Source of the DNA: a virus
DNA: 64,000 nt
Strand: one strand, 5' to 3'
Virus record (IMG/VR): IMGVR_UViG_3300017774_005745
Coordinates: 132,808-196,807 of that record
In this document: one piece after another, positions 61,831-64,000 of the stretch
Position numbering within the stretch: the first letter of the stretch is position 1
Layout: the number at the start of each line of letters is the position of its first letter
The notes under the pieces: model-generated
Seen by the model: only the letters and a program-made list of their open reading frames with translations
The model's database searches: none
What the model was told of the DNA's origin: nothing
Position numbers and translations under genes: made by a program

Positions 61831-62140
61831 GGACTTCCTCCTTGTACTTTGAGAGCGTTTTTAGCGCCCGAGGGCTAACTTGCTTTGGAGACACGACGAG
61901 AATTCTGTCACTGTAGACAATCGTGCTCGGCTTCTGAAGGTTCTTTCCACCCCATGACGTGTCGATTCCAATGACTCGAAGCGTCGGGTACGCACGCGTA
62001 GCCCCGTACGCTTTTGACATTTTGATGTCGAGCACCTTTGCGTAGTTCATCCCGGCGCTTCTTCCCCACGCCTGAGCGTAGACGATGAAGTCTCCTATTG
62101 AGACGACTCGCCCCGACTTGTCTTTGAATTTGGAAGCCAT
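61820..62140 (-). CDS. Hypothetical protein
   Basis: ORF track. Confidence 0.6.
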   Translation of the reverse strand: MASKFKDKSGRVVSIGDFIVYAQAWGRSAGMNYAKVLDIKMSKAYGATRAYPTLRVIGIDTSWGGKNLQKPSTIVYSDRILVVSPKQVSPRALKTLSKYKEEVHGH

Positions 62141-62467
62141 TTAGAGTTTCCCCATACTGACGATGTGACAGTCTGTGAGCATATCCGTACCCGGCATGAC
62201 TCTGAGCTCATAACCGGGCTCATCTTTGAAGTTTCGACTCAAGCACAGGTCACCCATGTTGGAGGCCAGTCTCACTCGAAACTTCGTTCCTGCTTTGAAC
62301 GACTGTCCATCGTACAACTGGACATTCTTGGTCAGCGTAGCGTACGCCTCGAAAGGGAAGTGGTATGGATGCCTCTCATCCCCCTTCTTCTCCATGTCTT
62401 CGTAGTGCCGAGTCTTGTACGTATTGATGCCAGCGAAGATAACGTCAAACAGTTCTTTGTCGGTCAT
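62141..62467 (-). CDS. Hypothetical protein
   Basis: ATG at 62467. Confidence 0.55.
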   Translation of the reverse strand: MTDKELFDVIFAGINTYKTRHYEDMEKKGDERHPYHFPFEAYATLTKNVQLYDGQSFKAGTKFRVRLASNMGDLCLSRNFKDEPGYELRVMPGTDMLTDCHIVSMGKL

Positions 62468-62763
62468 GGAACTTCCCAGTTCAGGTAGTCTGCTATCACG
62501 TCTCCATGGCAGATACGAGGCTTGCAGAAACATCCGAGTGTTTTTCCTTTGAGCGCGTGGACTCTCTGTCGGAAGATTGGGTCTATTCGAAGTCGGAATC
62601 TAAACCACTCTTCGTAGTTCAGAGCTACCTCAAGTCTTCGAGACTCATCATGTAGGGTAAAGGGATTTCCGAAGTACCCATCTTGCCCTTTACCTGCTCT
62701 CCCTACGTACACGTCGTAGGGAGACCTTTGGAGATTCACTACGAGGGTTCTTGGAGAATACAT
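62464..62763 (-). CDS. DUF4326 protein
   Basis: VVN....YDVY.GR....FGNPF...L.GK.LGC.CKP..CHGDV. Confidence 0.88.
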   Translation of the reverse strand: MYSPRTLVVNLQRSPYDVYVGRAGKGQDGYFGNPFTLHDESRRLEVALNYEEWFRFRLRIDPIFRQRVHALKGKTLGCFCKPRICHGDVIADYLNWEVP

Positions 62764-64000
62764 TCCTCGACCTTCTTGTCCGTCCTCACTTCGATGAATC
62801 GAGGGAAGATGAGGGCATTTGTGTCGTCTCCCTGACTCTGGAAGAACCGTTCCGTATACTCGACCTTCCAGACCATCGGAAACTTCTTCGGGTCTGACCA
62901 CTCTTTGATTTGTTCCTTGGAGAGACCAGAGGCTACGTTACAGATGTAGACCAATTCGCCTTCCTTGTTCCTCTGGTAGAGGGCGACGCTCTTGATTCCC
63001 TGTTCGTTGCTCTTCTTGGTGCTGCGCTCTCCATGGCCCGCCTCTGGGTCCCAGATAGCAATGAAGTCATCCTCGAAAGACGGCTTCAGCTTGGAACAAG
63101 AGGCAGCGGGCCGGTCTGGCTTGCCTTTGAAGTTGTAGCCTTTGTCTCCGTAGATTCCTTCTGGGTCTACGACCACGAAGCCCTCCCACTTGTTGTGTTT
63201 GGCAATTGTGATGGCCGCCATAGGGGTAGGGAATGTGCCTGAGTCGAAGAACTGTACCGGCACGAGAGTGTCATCGGCGTACTCAAGCTCGTGGATGAGG
63301 GAGTACCTCGATCGCACAGGACTCTGAGTTACCAGGTCTTGGCCATCCCAGAACGCGATATCCCAGATGTAGAAGCTGGCTGACTTATCTGCCTTCTGTC
63401 TTTGAAGACTCTCAAGAGTGAGAGACTTCGTAAGACTCTGAATGGCAGCAAAGTCATCTACTCCTTTTCTATCGACAACAAGCTCACCCAGGAGAATTGA
63501 GTTCTGGGGCATTACTTTTGCCGCAGCTTCCACAATGTGCGGAAACCTGTCGTTCCACGTAAGAGAGGTCCCCACCTCATCGTCGTGCTGACGCATCATG
63601 CGTCTTGAGTAGATGAGAGGGTGCCTGCTCCCTCTAGTGATGACGTAGGCCAGGCCGTTTCTCTTTCGAGCGTAAAGAACGTTCCCTGCTTCCGCCTTCT
63701 TGGTAATGCCAGCACCCATTGAGTTGTCTGGTTTGTAAAAGCACAGGTTGTTGGGCAGGTCATCGAAGTTGATGGTCGACTCTGCTACATCGAGAGCAGT
63801 TCCATTCACGAACTCTCGATACCCCTCGCGGTGCTTGAGAAGGGCCATTCTCTTGGCCCGTTCCAGTGCTGCTTGTTCTGGGGTCTTCTCGTTTGATTTG
63901 CCCTTATTGATGGCTTCACTGACTTCTTGGGCGACTTGCATTGCCCCGCCCAACTGTCCCCAAACAGTGGTAATGACGCCTTTTAGCGCACTTACACGCC
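62739..64000 (-). CDS. ATP-dependent DNA ligase, 5' end beyond the window, possible N-terminal WGR domain
   Basis: RKRNG (motif I), LLGEL, FYIWDI, WEGFVV, KLKP, OB-fold FPRF..VR.DK; frame stays open to the edge (..VITTVWGQLGG). Confidence 0.85.
   Translation of the reverse strand, partial: RVSALKGVITTVWGQLGGAMQVAQEVSEAINKGKSNEKTPEQAALERAKRMALLKHREGYREFVNGTALDVAESTINFDDLPNNLCFYKPDNSMGAGITKKAEAGNVLYARKRNGLAYVITRGSRHPLIYSRRMMRQHDDEVGTSLTWNDRFPHIVEAAAKVMPQNSILLGELVVDRKGVDDFAAIQSLTKSLTLESLQRQKADKSASFYIWDIAFWDGQDLVTQSPVRSRYSLIHELEYADDTLVPVQFFDSGTFPTPMAAITIAKHNKWEGFVVVDPEGIYGDKGYNFKGKPDRPAASCSKLKPSFEDDFIAIWDPEAGHGERSTKKSNEQGIKSVALYQRNKEGELVYICNVASGLSKEQIKEWSDPKKFPMVWKVEYTERFFQSQGDDTNALIFPRFIEVRTDKKVEECILQEPS

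Overview
This window looks like 64 kb of a large (jumbo-type) dsDNA bacteriophage genome; no capsid or terminase genes are visible. It contains dense, mostly minus-strand small hypothetical genes, a plus-strand block at about 15.6-26.8 kb, and a plus-strand fibre/receptor-binding block at 32-39.2 kb. A minus-strand RNA-rich region at 39.2-60.4 kb holds 26 tRNAs, one atypical tRNA-like gene, a tmRNA, a probable GOLLD-type large RNA and four circularly permuted tRNA-like RNAs (YrlA architecture). Recognisable proteins include BRO-N, dCMP deaminase, two AAA+ ATPases (one in a Ycf46/DUF1257/DUF2997/DUF3150 module), GroES, HAD phosphatase, an NlpC/P60-like hydrolase, an ART-like plus SWIM protein, a kinase-like protein, HNH, metallophosphoesterase, a bacterial-type histone, rIIA/rIIB, a CheY-like receiver, SLOG, CYTH and an ATP-dependent DNA ligase. 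The tmRNA tag start (ANDNVEL) suggests a Myxococcota-like host (inference). The most striking observations are: (1) four permuted tRNA modules, two retaining anticodon loops and two in tandem behind a DUF7873-like gene and a histone; (2) an identically spaced N-terminal F-x-x-E-L-x-K-I-A motif on three unrelated proteins; (3) an 8/4 tRNA-Ser; (4) a tmRNA with a 23-aa tag. All family names come from motif recall, not database searches.
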